Of a stretch of 63,609 nucleotides of DNA, positions 26,999 through 36,992 are shown piece by piece. This DNA comes from Litorilinea aerophila (lineage in GTDB: Bacteria; Chloroflexota; Anaerolineae; Caldilineales; Caldilineaceae). The translations under genes were made by a program, and so were the position numbers. Below the pieces are notes generated by a model that worked only from the letters and a program-made list of their open reading frames with translations, was not told the DNA's origin and made no database searches. Position 1 is the first letter of the stretch. The number at the start of each line of letters is the position of its first letter. The DNA is taken from contig CAMDQF010000001.1 of assembly GCA_945905745.1 (NCBI GenBank), positions 1 through 63,609 on the forward strand, written 5' to 3'.

Positions 26999-29900
26999 TT
27001 ACGCCTCGTTGCGCCCCAGCAGCGCTGCCCGGTATTTTTCAGCCATCTGTTCCGGTAGAATTCCAAATTTTTGGCTCAGGTCGTGAATTGTACGGGCGCG
27101 CACATGAGCCGGATCTGGCGGAGAAGCGAGCATCGCCAGCACACCATCCCGCAATCCACTGACATTGCCAACCGAGTCTGTCACGACGCCCCCGCCCGTG
27201 ATCTTGATTACCTCTTGGTTGTTGCCAACATCTGTGACAACAACCGGAATCCCCATAGATTGGGCTTCCAGAATGACAAGCGGCATCCCCTCATATTCCG
27301 AAGGCAGGACGTAAACATCTGTCACTGCGAAAATTTCACTGCTTGGTTTGTGGAAGGGGAGGCGGATGATATTGGGCAGATTTGTCCGTGCAATCTCTCC
27401 ATCCACCCCTTCCTGCAATGGGCCGCTGCCTACCATCAGGAACGTGAGGCTCCTATCACTGGCGCAACGCCGGGCCAGCTCGACAAAATCCATTGGGCGT
27501 TTCTGCTGGTGCAGGCGCGCCATAAATGTGACCACCCGGTTGCCAGGCGGGATGCCAAAGCGAGTACGCAGGGATTCGATTTCGGCGGATGAATAGCGAT
27601 CTGGGGAAAATGTTTCCACGTCAACGCAATGCTCAATAAGGTGAACCTGGGCAGGCTTTGCACCCCGACGCAAGTATTCGGTGCAGATATTCTGGTTGGT
27701 ACCGATGTGTACATCAATTGTCTGCATGATGGCAACGTTGTAGCGATTGATCCACCCAGCTTTGTCGTCGTAGACCTGACCCGCAATGTGCAAGCCGGGA
27801 TGGTTCTGCTTTAGGGCGTGAATTGCATCGTAAATCCAGTTCGTGCCATTGGCAATGTAGAGGGTTTGGGGCTGAAATCGTTTGATCAGATAGCTGATCC
27901 ACGAATAGAGCAAAGGGTAGATGAGAAAATCATCAGTGGTGTAGACGTAGGGTGTGTAGCGTCGGAACTGATCTGCTGACGTACCTACGCCGTGCATGTG
28001 TGGCTCCAGGGCCACAATCACAAGACGCACATCTTTCTGTAGCTGCTCCGTCATATAGAGATGTACCTGCTCTGCACCACCTACCGCCAGCACAGGCATG
28101 ATCATCAACACTGTTGGCTTGTCGCTGGTGAAAGGGTCTACAGGTAAAACGGAATCGACTGAAGAGAGGCGATGGGCGGGGATGGCTTCGGCAGCGCCAG
28201 CGGAAGAAACAGAATACAAATACCGTCCCATTTGACGAAGAGCCGGCTGCGCCAATTCGATCAACGCTGGTTCATGTCCACTGCTCTCCACGCTGGTTGT
28301 ATGGACCAGCAACTTCCCCACACAAGCGGCTGCCCCTGTCTGTTTGGTTGCAGCAAGCCACCCGGCCAAATCAACACGGCCACTTTCGTCGAAGCAGGAT
28401 CGATGTACAAAGGAGGGGCCAAACGGCGGCTGCACGCTGGCTGGTATCACCTGCTGGCGGATCATGGCTTCGATCAGCAGCGGATTGTTGTGGATATTGA
28501 GCGTAAACGCCAGATGTTCGCTGCATAGGGCGACCAAATTTTCTTCGACCAGGGTGACCCGCTCTTCGATTACTTCGGGGGAGGCCAGACAGATATAGGA
28601 ACCTTTAGTTTTTTCGATGAGCGAAACCAAATTTTCGCAGGGCCACGTTTGATGCGGCTCTGTAACAGACCAGCCCTGTTTTTCTTGGGCATTCCAAACC
28701 AGACATTCGGTTGGCACAGACTGCGCATCCTGCCACTGTTGCAGTGCAGATGTAAACTCCGCCTGCTGTACCGATTGATCCGTCACAATGACGACGCTCA
28801 CCGAAGGGTTGACAGAAGGTTCATCGTCGCGAATCTCAATCGCAAAACTATGGCCGTGGGCGTCTTGATGATGGCCTCGCAGCACACCATCGGTTTGTAC
28901 CACCTGACCTGCCGGTTTGCGCAGAAGCCCCCGCAGCCCTTCGTTGCGCAATGCCTGCAAACGGGAGAATGCCGATTGTACAGCTTGCTCCCGGCGGCTG
29001 CCGCCAGGGATAAGCCGGTAGCGCAGAGGGGTCACACTCTGGAGCAGTTGCCAGCCGAGCGAGCCTTGCACAATCGCCAATTGGTGCTGTAGAGAGTTAA
29101 GCGTCTGACGCTGTTCGTGGGCCAGCCGATAGAGGTCTGCATTTTCAATCTGTGTTTGTTGCAGGCGTTCCTCCATCGCAGCCATTTCTACACGTCTGCG
29201 CTCTTCAAACGCTGCTATTTCTGCATGTCTGCGCTCTTCAATGGCTGCGATTTCGGCCATCTTCTGTTGGTTGTTGCTTTCAGAAAGCGCCAGCGCATCG
29301 TTCAATTCATCATGCCAGGCTGTCATCACAGCCAGCGGTATCTGTTGATTTGTCCGCTTTCCCGTAGCAACCTGGTCTATCGCATCAGTGTATTTTTCCT
29401 GCCATCGGGCTGCGTGGGTACCCAGAAGCCAGTGATTTGCCACACTTTCCTTGGCCGCTTTGCCCATGCGTTGGCGCAATCCTGGGTCAGCGATCAACCG
29501 ACGCAGAAATTTATCCCATTCTGACAGGTCAGTCGCCAGGTAGCCATTTTCGCCGTGGATCACCAGTTCTTGATAGGGTTCCAATCGAGAGTAGATACCA
29601 GGTATGCCGAGCGCACTGTACTCCAGGAATTTCAGCCCGCTTTTGCAGCGATTAAAGAGCGAATCCAGCAGGGGGGCGAGAAAGATATCGCAGCGTTGTG
29701 TGCCAAAATACTTTACAAAGTCGACGTACTCCCCAATCTCCACAGCTTCCCATCGCACATCTTCCCGATCCAAAAGCTGTGGCGGTGGGCGCAATCCCCA
29801 GAAGCAGAGTTGAATCTGACCAGCGAATTCGTTCAGCAGGTCGAGCAGTACTGGCTGGATCATCTCAATATCCGGGCCATGAGAGTGTCCGCCGCAGTAG

Positions 29901-30436
29901 CCGATACACAAGGGCTGAGATGGCGTTGGCTCTGGCAGCGGCTGATCCAGGATGGGCCGCCACAGATCGTCTGGGAGATAATTGGGAAGAACCCGGGCAT
30001 TGGGTACAAATGCGCTGACTGTTGAGGCGAGGGTGGCGGTACTACAGGTGACAAGATCGGCCTCGGCCAATGCGAGAGCGATGTGGGGACGACAAGCACG
30101 GTATCGGTTGTAGTTTGCGTGGGTGATGGGCAGATCGAGGAGGAGATCGTCCAGATCGTATATGACAGGTTTGTTGTATTGGCGCGCCTGCTGCATCACC
30201 TGACGATAGGTAGATGTGTTTACTGGCCAGTCCCGTTGAATCACAACTGCGTCTACATTTTGAATACGATCCAACCCGTTCGGCGAATCGGACAGGCCAG
30301 ATCCCCCTCCCATCAGTACCGTCCATCCGGCCGCGTGAAGGGGCGCCACTGTGCGAAGGATCGTGCAGACATGCTCTGGGAGGTCACCTGAAAAGAGCAG
30401 TGCGGTTGGCTTGGGAGATAGCTGTGTAAGAGTCAT
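26999..30436 (-). CDS. 1145-aa multidomain glycosyltransferase: GT-B-like N-module, coiled coil, central domain, C-terminal GT4 domain
   Basis: The N-module is paralogous to 13080-14129. Coiled coil with three 11-aa repeats. C-terminal EGMPLVILEAQSMGIPVVVTDVG (GT4 E-x7-E region). Confidence 0.85.
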   Translation of the reverse strand: MTLTQLSPKPTALLFSGDLPEHVCTILRTVAPLHAAGWTVLMGGGSGLSDSPNGLDRIQNVDAVVIQRDWPVNTSTYRQVMQQARQYNKPVIYDLDDLLLDLPITHANYNRYRACRPHIALALAEADLVTCSTATLASTVSAFVPNARVLPNYLPDDLWRPILDQPLPEPTPSQPLCIGYCGGHSHGPDIEMIQPVLLDLLNEFAGQIQLCFWGLRPPPQLLDREDVRWEAVEIGEYVDFVKYFGTQRCDIFLAPLLDSLFNRCKSGLKFLEYSALGIPGIYSRLEPYQELVIHGENGYLATDLSEWDKFLRRLIADPGLRQRMGKAAKESVANHWLLGTHAARWQEKYTDAIDQVATGKRTNQQIPLAVMTAWHDELNDALALSESNNQQKMAEIAAIEERRHAEIAAFEERRRVEMAAMEERLQQTQIENADLYRLAHEQRQTLNSLQHQLAIVQGSLGWQLLQSVTPLRYRLIPGGSRREQAVQSAFSRLQALRNEGLRGLLRKPAGQVVQTDGVLRGHHQDAHGHSFAIEIRDDEPSVNPSVSVVIVTDQSVQQAEFTSALQQWQDAQSVPTECLVWNAQEKQGWSVTEPHQTWPCENLVSLIEKTKGSYICLASPEVIEERVTLVEENLVALCSEHLAFTLNIHNNPLLIEAMIRQQVIPASVQPPFGPSFVHRSCFDESGRVDLAGWLAATKQTGAAACVGKLLVHTTSVESSGHEPALIELAQPALRQMGRYLYSVSSAGAAEAIPAHRLSSVDSVLPVDPFTSDKPTVLMIMPVLAVGGAEQVHLYMTEQLQKDVRLVIVALEPHMHGVGTSADQFRRYTPYVYTTDDFLIYPLLYSWISYLIKRFQPQTLYIANGTNWIYDAIHALKQNHPGLHIAGQVYDDKAGWINRYNVAIMQTIDVHIGTNQNICTEYLRRGAKPAQVHLIEHCVDVETFSPDRYSSAEIESLRTRFGIPPGNRVVTFMARLHQQKRPMDFVELARRCASDRSLTFLMVGSGPLQEGVDGEIARTNLPNIIRLPFHKPSSEIFAVTDVYVLPSEYEGMPLVILEAQSMGIPVVVTDVGNNQEVIKITGGGVVTDSVGNVSGLRDGVLAMLASPPDPAHVRARTIHDLSQKFGILPEQMAEKYRAALLGRNEA
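29165..29262. repeat. three tandem 33-nt (11-codon) repeats inside the coiled-coil segment
   Basis: They encode AEIAAIEERRH / AEIAAFEERRR / VEMAAMEERLQ on the minus strand. Confidence 0.7.
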
Positions 30437-30446
30437 GGGGAATTGC

Positions 30447-31772
30447 TTAATCTTTTTGTGTTGCCAGAGTGGTCTGGTATCGTGTCCCGTTTTCGGTGGC
30501 AGGGGACGAGGGCGCTTGCGTCCATTGGCCGTTTAGCGTCACTAGTCCGTAGCGTTCACGCACGTTCCCTGGGTGGACGCGAAAACGATAGATGCGATCG
30601 TGATAGTCAAACATTTCGGTATCGGCCTGGTTGTGAACGGCAACGGACACGAGATATTCACCGTTCAAGAGCGGCAAGACAGGCACCTGAAAAATGATTG
30701 TGCCTTTGCCTTCAATAAAGGGAATGTCCAAGTCAGAAAAATCTGTGTTTGGCCCGGTGATATGGGTTCCGTTCTGGTGGTGGAGCGCAAGGCCAAAGAC
30801 CGGGTGTTCGATGCGGGTCGGCGCATGGCAGTGGATGTGAATCTCGAGCGGTGCGCCTGACACAAAAACAGAACGAATCTCGCCCCCTCGATCGCACAGA
30901 TCAACATGGGTGATGGTGGCGCGTCTTGTTCCCCAGCGTTGCTCATCGCGAATGATGGGTAGCTCATCCTTTGCCCGCTTCTGATAGGCATCTTCTTCTT
31001 TTTCCGCCACATGATTGAGATATGCCATGACCACATCTGTCGGATGCCCCATCAGTTGTATCTTGCCATATTCGTACCAGATTGCGCGATCGCAGACGGA
31101 TTGAACCGTGCCCAGATCGTGGGAAACAAAGAGCAGCGTACCCCCGTTGCGCCGGAAATCCTGAATGGCTCTCATGCACTTGTGCTGAAATCCTGCATCG
31201 CCGACAGAGAGGATTTCATCAACCAGGAGCATGTCGGGTCTGGTATGAATGGCGACTGCAAAGCCCAGTCGCACATACATGCCGGATGAATAGTGCTTAA
31301 TCGGCATATCGATGAATTCACCCAGCTCAGAGAATTCGATGATCTCGTCTATGCGCTCCCTAATCTCACCACGGTTCAAACCGTACATCGTACCATTGAG
31401 ATAGATATTTTCGCGTCCGGTCAAATCACCATGAAAACCAGCCCCCAGTTCCAGTAAGGCAGCAATCCGTCCTCGGGTGACAATGTCACCTGAGGACGGC
31501 TCCAGAACACCGGCGATCAGCTTCAGCAACGTGCTTTTGCCGGAACCGTTTGGTCCAATAATGCCCAGGCTTTCGCCCTTGAAGACGGAAAAAGTCACAT
31601 CATTCAGCGGCCAGAATAGTTTCCGTGTTGAATCTGTGTGCCGATTGAGTATGCCTATGAACAGTTCCTGAAATGATCGCTGGTGTTCTTGGCGCAGGAC
31701 AAAACGCTTGGATACATTCTGGACTTCAACCAGGGGCTGGCCTTCTGCATAGGAATCTGTACGAATATACAT
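30447..31772 (-). CDS. wzt: polysaccharide ABC exporter ATP-binding protein with a C-terminal Wzt-type carbohydrate-binding domain
   Basis: Walker A GPNGSGKST and signature YSSGM. About 170 extra C-terminal residues resemble Wzt_C. The ATG at 31772 overlaps the wzm stop by 1 nt. Confidence 0.88.
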   Translation of the reverse strand: MYIRTDSYAEGQPLVEVQNVSKRFVLRQEHQRSFQELFIGILNRHTDSTRKLFWPLNDVTFSVFKGESLGIIGPNGSGKSTLLKLIAGVLEPSSGDIVTRGRIAALLELGAGFHGDLTGRENIYLNGTMYGLNRGEIRERIDEIIEFSELGEFIDMPIKHYSSGMYVRLGFAVAIHTRPDMLLVDEILSVGDAGFQHKCMRAIQDFRRNGGTLLFVSHDLGTVQSVCDRAIWYEYGKIQLMGHPTDVVMAYLNHVAEKEEDAYQKRAKDELPIIRDEQRWGTRRATITHVDLCDRGGEIRSVFVSGAPLEIHIHCHAPTRIEHPVFGLALHHQNGTHITGPNTDFSDLDIPFIEGKGTIIFQVPVLPLLNGEYLVSVAVHNQADTEMFDYHDRIYRFRVHPGNVRERYGLVTLNGQWTQAPSSPATENGTRYQTTLATQKD

Positions 31773-32587
31773 CAAATCTCCTCGCCGAAATTCCCGCTCA
31801 GTTTGTTGAAAACCCAATACCCAATGAGCATCACGGCAGCGGATGTAATTGCAGTGCGCAGGAAGAAATCTCCTACTGTATATGTGCCTAAATAAAGGAG
31901 GTCTCGGTATGTATTGACGATTGATGCCATTGGGTTAAGGATATTCATCAGCCGATGAATATCCAGAACCAAGCCGAATATCTCGTAGCTCTTGGGAAGA
32001 ATATCTATCGGATAGAAAACTGGGGTGAGAAAAAACCAGGCCATCAAGACCACATCCAGAATGATCGCGGTATCTCTGTAGTAAACATTGACAGCGCTTA
32101 AGAGAAGGGCGATTCCACTGATGAAGCATGTCTGCATGAGAATGACAATGGGAAGAAGCCAGAGGTGCGGACTAAAGGGAACCCCAAAAACGATGATGAG
32201 CGCAAAAATCACTAGGAGCGAAAGTAGAAAGTTGACCAATTGGGCCAACACCGAGGAGATAGGTAGTATTTCGCGGGGGAAATAGACCTTCTTCACTAGG
32301 TTGCCGTTACCGATTACGCTGCTCACACTGGACAAAACACCCGCTGTAAAATAATTCCAGGGCAACAGACCGCAGAGCAGAAAAATAGGATAACTGCGAA
32401 CCTGGTTGTTGGGCATAATCAACGTGAAGATGACGGTAAATACCAGCATCATTAAGAGCGGGTTGAGCAGGCTCCAGACAAATCCAAGAACGCTGCTTTT
32501 GTATCTCGCCTTCAGATCGCGCACAACCATATAGTACAGTAAATCCCGATACCGGAGCAATTCTTTGATTCTTTTCCCAAAACTCAT
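31772..32587 (-). CDS. wzm: ABC-2-type polysaccharide exporter permease
   Basis: N-terminus YRDLLYYMVVRDLKARYKSSVLGFVWSLLNP is typical of Wzm/TagG. Six TM helices. Confidence 0.9.
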   Translation of the reverse strand: MSFGKRIKELLRYRDLLYYMVVRDLKARYKSSVLGFVWSLLNPLLMMLVFTVIFTLIMPNNQVRSYPIFLLCGLLPWNYFTAGVLSSVSSVIGNGNLVKKVYFPREILPISSVLAQLVNFLLSLLVIFALIIVFGVPFSPHLWLLPIVILMQTCFISGIALLLSAVNVYYRDTAIILDVVLMAWFFLTPVFYPIDILPKSYEIFGLVLDIHRLMNILNPMASIVNTYRDLLYLGTYTVGDFFLRTAITSAAVMLIGYWVFNKLSGNFGEEI

Positions 32588-32641
32588 GCTAACCTCGGCA
32601 AAATGCAGTGTAGCCTGCAGAAAATGTACGGGTGATTGTTG

Positions 32642-33913
32642 TTACCCCAGAGAGGCATACGCAACGGCTCGTGGAGCTTGCTTTTGTCTGTGGAGATGAA
32701 CAACCTGCCAAAACAAGAGCAATATTGAAAGATGCGCCCACACATGGCTTAGCAGACCATAGGGCGGGATGCTTCTATCGATCTGAATGATCAGCAATCC
32801 AAGAAAGCACCAGAACACAGTAGCGAACTTCAGTTTCTGCCATCCAATCCAGACAAAGACTGGAAGCAGAAGAAAAACATAGTGATGATACCACATAACG
32901 TTTGATGAGAATATCATGCCGAACACGGTAATGATGAAAAATGGCTCCCTGTTCAAGCTACCAAGCCATGTCAAAATCCCGCTGACTACCAATATACTCA
33001 GGATGTATATTGTCAGGAAAAGTGAAATACTTCTGTAGTTCTGTGTGAGAATTGAGAAAAGCTCTAATAGCCATGAGGCTACACCTCCTGGCATGTATAG
33101 AAGGGCATTGCGAAACCATATTTCATTTGAAATCGCCAGCTTAGCCATCAGGGATTGGGCGTTTGTTCCCAAGGGGATGGTGCGAAGCAAGTCTTGAAAA
33201 ACATCAACATACGTTACGAACGGTGTAATTCCATATCGCAGGGCAGCCAGAAAACCAAATACAAGAATGAGTACACCGGTCATAAAAAGCACGCTGTATC
33301 TCTTCAGGACAATCAGATACCCAATAAACAAGAGCGGGGATACTTTCGTGAGTATTGCTAATGTAAGTCCGGTGCTGGCCCAGATTGGGAACAGCGCTTC
33401 ACCCCAAAACAACAAAAATATACCAAATTGCGTGATCTGGTTGATTTGACCGATATGGAGCAATTCAAAAAATGGTGCAAAACCTAGACCCAATACGAAC
33501 CAGTACCAGGTTTGCGAGAGTGAATACCCATAGTACCGAGCGATTCCCCATATCATGACCACCAAAAGTAGAATGTTTGTGACTGTGTATACGGCAACTT
33601 TGAGGGAAAAGGGTTGGATGTAGCTGAATACTTCCACTGCCAACAGCGCAGGCGGTGGATACAGATAGGCTGGCCCAATTTTGCGTATTTCGTAAGGGTC
33701 TTCTCCTCTGAGCGTAGTAGAGAGGGCACGCTCATAATGACCAAAATCTTCCAGCAACGTGGCCGGGATATGTTTAATACTGTTCAGCCATAGCTCTGTA
33801 TAAAGACCAGCTACCAGGTAGACGAATAATAGCGCGACAACGATCCCGCCACATACAACGTTTCTTGACAATAGGTATCTGTCTGACAGAATGGAACTGA
33901 ATCGCGAGGTCAT
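32642..33913 (-). CDS. DUF2029 / GT87-like (GT-C) membrane glycosyltransferase
   Basis: First-loop motif RGEDPYE...YLYPPPALL. Polytopic membrane protein. Start uncertain: ATG at 33913 or TTG at 33940. Confidence 0.72.
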   Translation of the reverse strand: MTSRFSSILSDRYLLSRNVVCGGIVVALLFVYLVAGLYTELWLNSIKHIPATLLEDFGHYERALSTTLRGEDPYEIRKIGPAYLYPPPALLAVEVFSYIQPFSLKVAVYTVTNILLLVVMIWGIARYYGYSLSQTWYWFVLGLGFAPFFELLHIGQINQITQFGIFLLFWGEALFPIWASTGLTLAILTKVSPLLFIGYLIVLKRYSVLFMTGVLILVFGFLAALRYGITPFVTYVDVFQDLLRTIPLGTNAQSLMAKLAISNEIWFRNALLYMPGGVASWLLELFSILTQNYRSISLFLTIYILSILVVSGILTWLGSLNREPFFIITVFGMIFSSNVMWYHHYVFLLLPVFVWIGWQKLKFATVFWCFLGLLIIQIDRSIPPYGLLSHVWAHLSILLLFWQVVHLHRQKQAPRAVAYASLG

Positions 33914-34266
33914 AGACTCCACTTTTCCAAGAATCCGCAAACCCTGCCACTATATTGAGAGAGAGGAGAATGTATAGGCGGAAGAAGTTGCATAGAAATT
34001 CGGATATGTATCAAGCCGGTGAGTACGGACGGGGTATACTGAACGAGAGCAAAAGTAGCTGGAGACGAATGCCAAAAATGAGGGGGAGCAGGGTACCTGC
34101 CCATGGCAGCGATAATGTGCATGCCTAAAGCCAAGTTTGTGCATGGTCTATGCCCACAGGCACACCATGCACGAACCTGGCTATCAATACACTTTCATGC
34201 CATTGTGCATATACCGGATGAAGATTTCGTTCCTGGCATGTTGCATTGATGATAGGTGTTGGCGGG

Positions 34267-35565
34267 CTAATAGGGTTTCTTTGACAATTCCGTCAGATTT
34301 TGTAACGAATAGTCCCGAAAAGCCCTGCCTGTTTTCATGATCTCTTTTGTATCTGGATCAAACATCTTACCGTAGATATTGAAGTCTTCTTTGAAATCCA
34401 GGCTGAACCAGAGCCAGCGTTGAACCAGGCGACAATCGTCTGCTGCGTATCCGATCTCGCAGTCGGCTGTACGCAGAAAATAGTCAAAAGAGTCCGTCAT
34501 AAAATCAATGACAGTTTGATCGTCCTCATTCGGTACACCTAACATTGAATTGTGGTAGAGCACACCGTATTCAGTGACGATGAGTGGTTTTTGTTGCTGC
34601 CCACGCTCTTTCATCCATGTGCGAAATCTGCGAATTTGCTCATCAATAAGTTCAATACTGATATGTTCGGGATCTGGCAGCGGATCGAAGATGTACTCTC
34701 CTGACAGATCATCAAAGCCTGGTGGGATGTCTGCACCCCAACCCTTTGCTTGTTCCCGTATGATAAATGTATGGACATTCCAAATATCTACGGGCATCGG
34801 CTCCCCATACAACAACTGGTACCTGTTCCATATTCGCGTCAGGTACGCCATACGAAGAGGTGTTGCTTGCACAACTCCTCCAATGGCTACTTTTGCAGTC
34901 GGATCCGCTTCCTTAATAATATAGTATAGCTCGTGGTAGGCTTCCGCATAGAGTTCAGGGAGTATTTCGTCTTGACCACCTCCCCACCAGTCTCTTCGAT
35001 CCATTTCATTGCCAATAAGCCACAAAGATCCGAGATTGGCGCGCGCAATTGCTTGAATGGATGATTCGGAAGGTGAGTAGGTGTAGGCATGAGGTATGCT
35101 GTACGGGCATGCTACCCTATCTGGGGAAGTCCGGATCGGGCAAACCGTTGTTTGGTGTAATCGAATTGCTTGGGCGTATTCCATCCCGTTGGGGCGTTCT
35201 GGGTTTACACGCGTACGCCAATCCAGATACCACCCTGCGCGTAGAGACGCGATTTCGGGGTACTGTTGGATGGATGCCCTCGCAGCCCCAAAACCCAGGC
35301 GTGTACTTAATGGCACCTGCAATGAAACCAATGGCAGATACAGTGGCGAGGGGGTAGACGGTGTTGTCACCTCAGGAAGGAAAACCTCGAAATCAATTGC
35401 GTCTGCCGTCGCATTGGTAGGATTCGCTGTAGGCGCAGAGGCCTGTACCGTGGAACATGCAGCTATTAGCATAAGCACAGCACCCAAAACCAGGAAACGC
35501 ACCCCTGTGGAAGACATTCCTATCCTATATTTTCCATACGTAGCATTGGTTATCCTATCGTTCAT
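34267..35565 (-). CDS. lipoprotein, clan GH-A-like (beta/alpha)8 glycoside hydrolase
   Basis: Lipobox LIAAC. Candidate acid/base LIGNEMD and nucleophile IVTEYG motifs. AGGAGA RBS before the ATG at 35565. Confidence 0.65.
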   Translation of the reverse strand: MNDRITNATYGKYRIGMSSTGVRFLVLGAVLMLIAACSTVQASAPTANPTNATADAIDFEVFLPEVTTPSTPSPLYLPLVSLQVPLSTRLGFGAARASIQQYPEIASLRAGWYLDWRTRVNPERPNGMEYAQAIRLHQTTVCPIRTSPDRVACPYSIPHAYTYSPSESSIQAIARANLGSLWLIGNEMDRRDWWGGGQDEILPELYAEAYHELYYIIKEADPTAKVAIGGVVQATPLRMAYLTRIWNRYQLLYGEPMPVDIWNVHTFIIREQAKGWGADIPPGFDDLSGEYIFDPLPDPEHISIELIDEQIRRFRTWMKERGQQQKPLIVTEYGVLYHNSMLGVPNEDDQTVIDFMTDSFDYFLRTADCEIGYAADDCRLVQRWLWFSLDFKEDFNIYGKMFDPDTKEIMKTGRAFRDYSLQNLTELSKKPY

Positions 35566-35589
35566 CCCATTTCTCCTATACCGAACTCT

Positions 35590-36915
35590 TTAAGCCTGCG
35601 AAGAGATTGATTGTCTCTCACTGGTTGATTTTGCGACTGCTGCACGTACACCTGCTTTTCCTGTCAAATGTTCATAACTCACTTCAATCTGCCGTCCGGA
35701 AACATCCCAGGCAAAAAGCTTGGTCGCCCGTTGACGCAATTGTCGCTGCATCTCGCCAATGGAGAAGTGAGAAGTGTCTGGATAGAGACACCGGCACAAT
35801 TCCTCAGCCAAGCTCTCCACATCTCCCCGTCGAGCCAGCGCCCCCTCGTTCCCCAGATACTCCCGCGCCACCGGTGTATCGTAAGCCACCGTCGGCAGCC
35901 CCACCGCCATATAATTGAGCAGCTTGCCCGCTCCTTCTGTCGTACTGAGTTTGGGGGCAACCGCAACATCGCCCAGCGCCAGATACTTGGGCGCATCCGG
36001 GTAGGGAATCCGCCCGGTGAAGGTGACAAAATTGTTGACGCCTAGCTCTTGCGCCAGTTGCTGGTAAACCGTAACACCGGGAAAACCCATCAGTAACAGA
36101 TGGACATCTTGCCTCTGTTGGACAATCAATTGCAGCGCCCGCAGCAGATGGCTTGTGCCCTGGTGCTCGGCCAGCAAGCCCAAATAGACGATGAGACGAC
36201 GGTCTTCGGGTATGCCCAAGCTGCGGCGCAGTTCGGCCAGTTCGCCGGGTGCATAGGTGTCCGCGGGGCGAAAGACATCCGCATTCACCGAATCGGGCAA
36301 GGTCTGCACCTGTGTTGGCTCACACCCAAATTTCTCTACCAGCAGGCGTTCAGCATTCGACGTGCTGGTCAACACCGCATGGGCAGAACGGTTGATCCAC
36401 GTCTCCAACCGCAGCAGCGGCACAAAAAAGCGGCTCTGCTCGCTCAAAAACTTATGATCCACCATCTCCCCGGTCAAACTGCCCTGAAAGTCAAAGACCA
36501 CCGGAATCCGAAACAGTCGCCCCAGGACAAGCCCAATCAGCGCGCCTTCGTGCAGATGAGCGTGGATCACATCGTAGCGCTCGCGCACCAGCAGTTCGAG
36601 GGTCTTCAGCCCCAATAACGCGTCAAAAGCGATTTTGTGACGACTCGATCCTACCTCATATTCCCGCCGCCAGGGAATCGGCAATGTGCGCCGAATATCC
36701 AGCCCTGGCACGTCGTTACCGTTGCGATAGGTGACAATTGTCACCCGATGGCCCATTTTCTGCAAGATGCGGGCCTCTTCCAGAATGCGCACATGGCAGC
36801 CATAATCGGCGAAAAAGCTGGTCGGTGCGATCATCAACACCCGAAAGCGCTGTTCTGCCCTTGTCTCTTCGTCCCCCGCCACAGGCAGAGAATTCTGCGT
36901 CATCTCGGAAGCCAT
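35590..36915 (-). CDS. family 4 (GT-B) glycosyltransferase
   Basis: RVLMIAPTSFFADYGCHVRILEEA... N-domain and a C-terminal GT1-type domain. Start chosen at MASEM; the TTG at 36942 is also possible. Confidence 0.85.
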   Translation of the reverse strand: MASEMTQNSLPVAGDEETRAEQRFRVLMIAPTSFFADYGCHVRILEEARILQKMGHRVTIVTYRNGNDVPGLDIRRTLPIPWRREYEVGSSRHKIAFDALLGLKTLELLVRERYDVIHAHLHEGALIGLVLGRLFRIPVVFDFQGSLTGEMVDHKFLSEQSRFFVPLLRLETWINRSAHAVLTSTSNAERLLVEKFGCEPTQVQTLPDSVNADVFRPADTYAPGELAELRRSLGIPEDRRLIVYLGLLAEHQGTSHLLRALQLIVQQRQDVHLLLMGFPGVTVYQQLAQELGVNNFVTFTGRIPYPDAPKYLALGDVAVAPKLSTTEGAGKLLNYMAVGLPTVAYDTPVAREYLGNEGALARRGDVESLAEELCRCLYPDTSHFSIGEMQRQLRQRATKLFAWDVSGRQIEVSYEHLTGKAGVRAAVAKSTSERQSISSQA

Positions 36916-36992
36916 CTGCCCCGTTCCTTTCGCCCAGCACAAACCATCAAGTCCCTATTGTAGCGGAATGCCACCACCAGCGCCAAACATCT

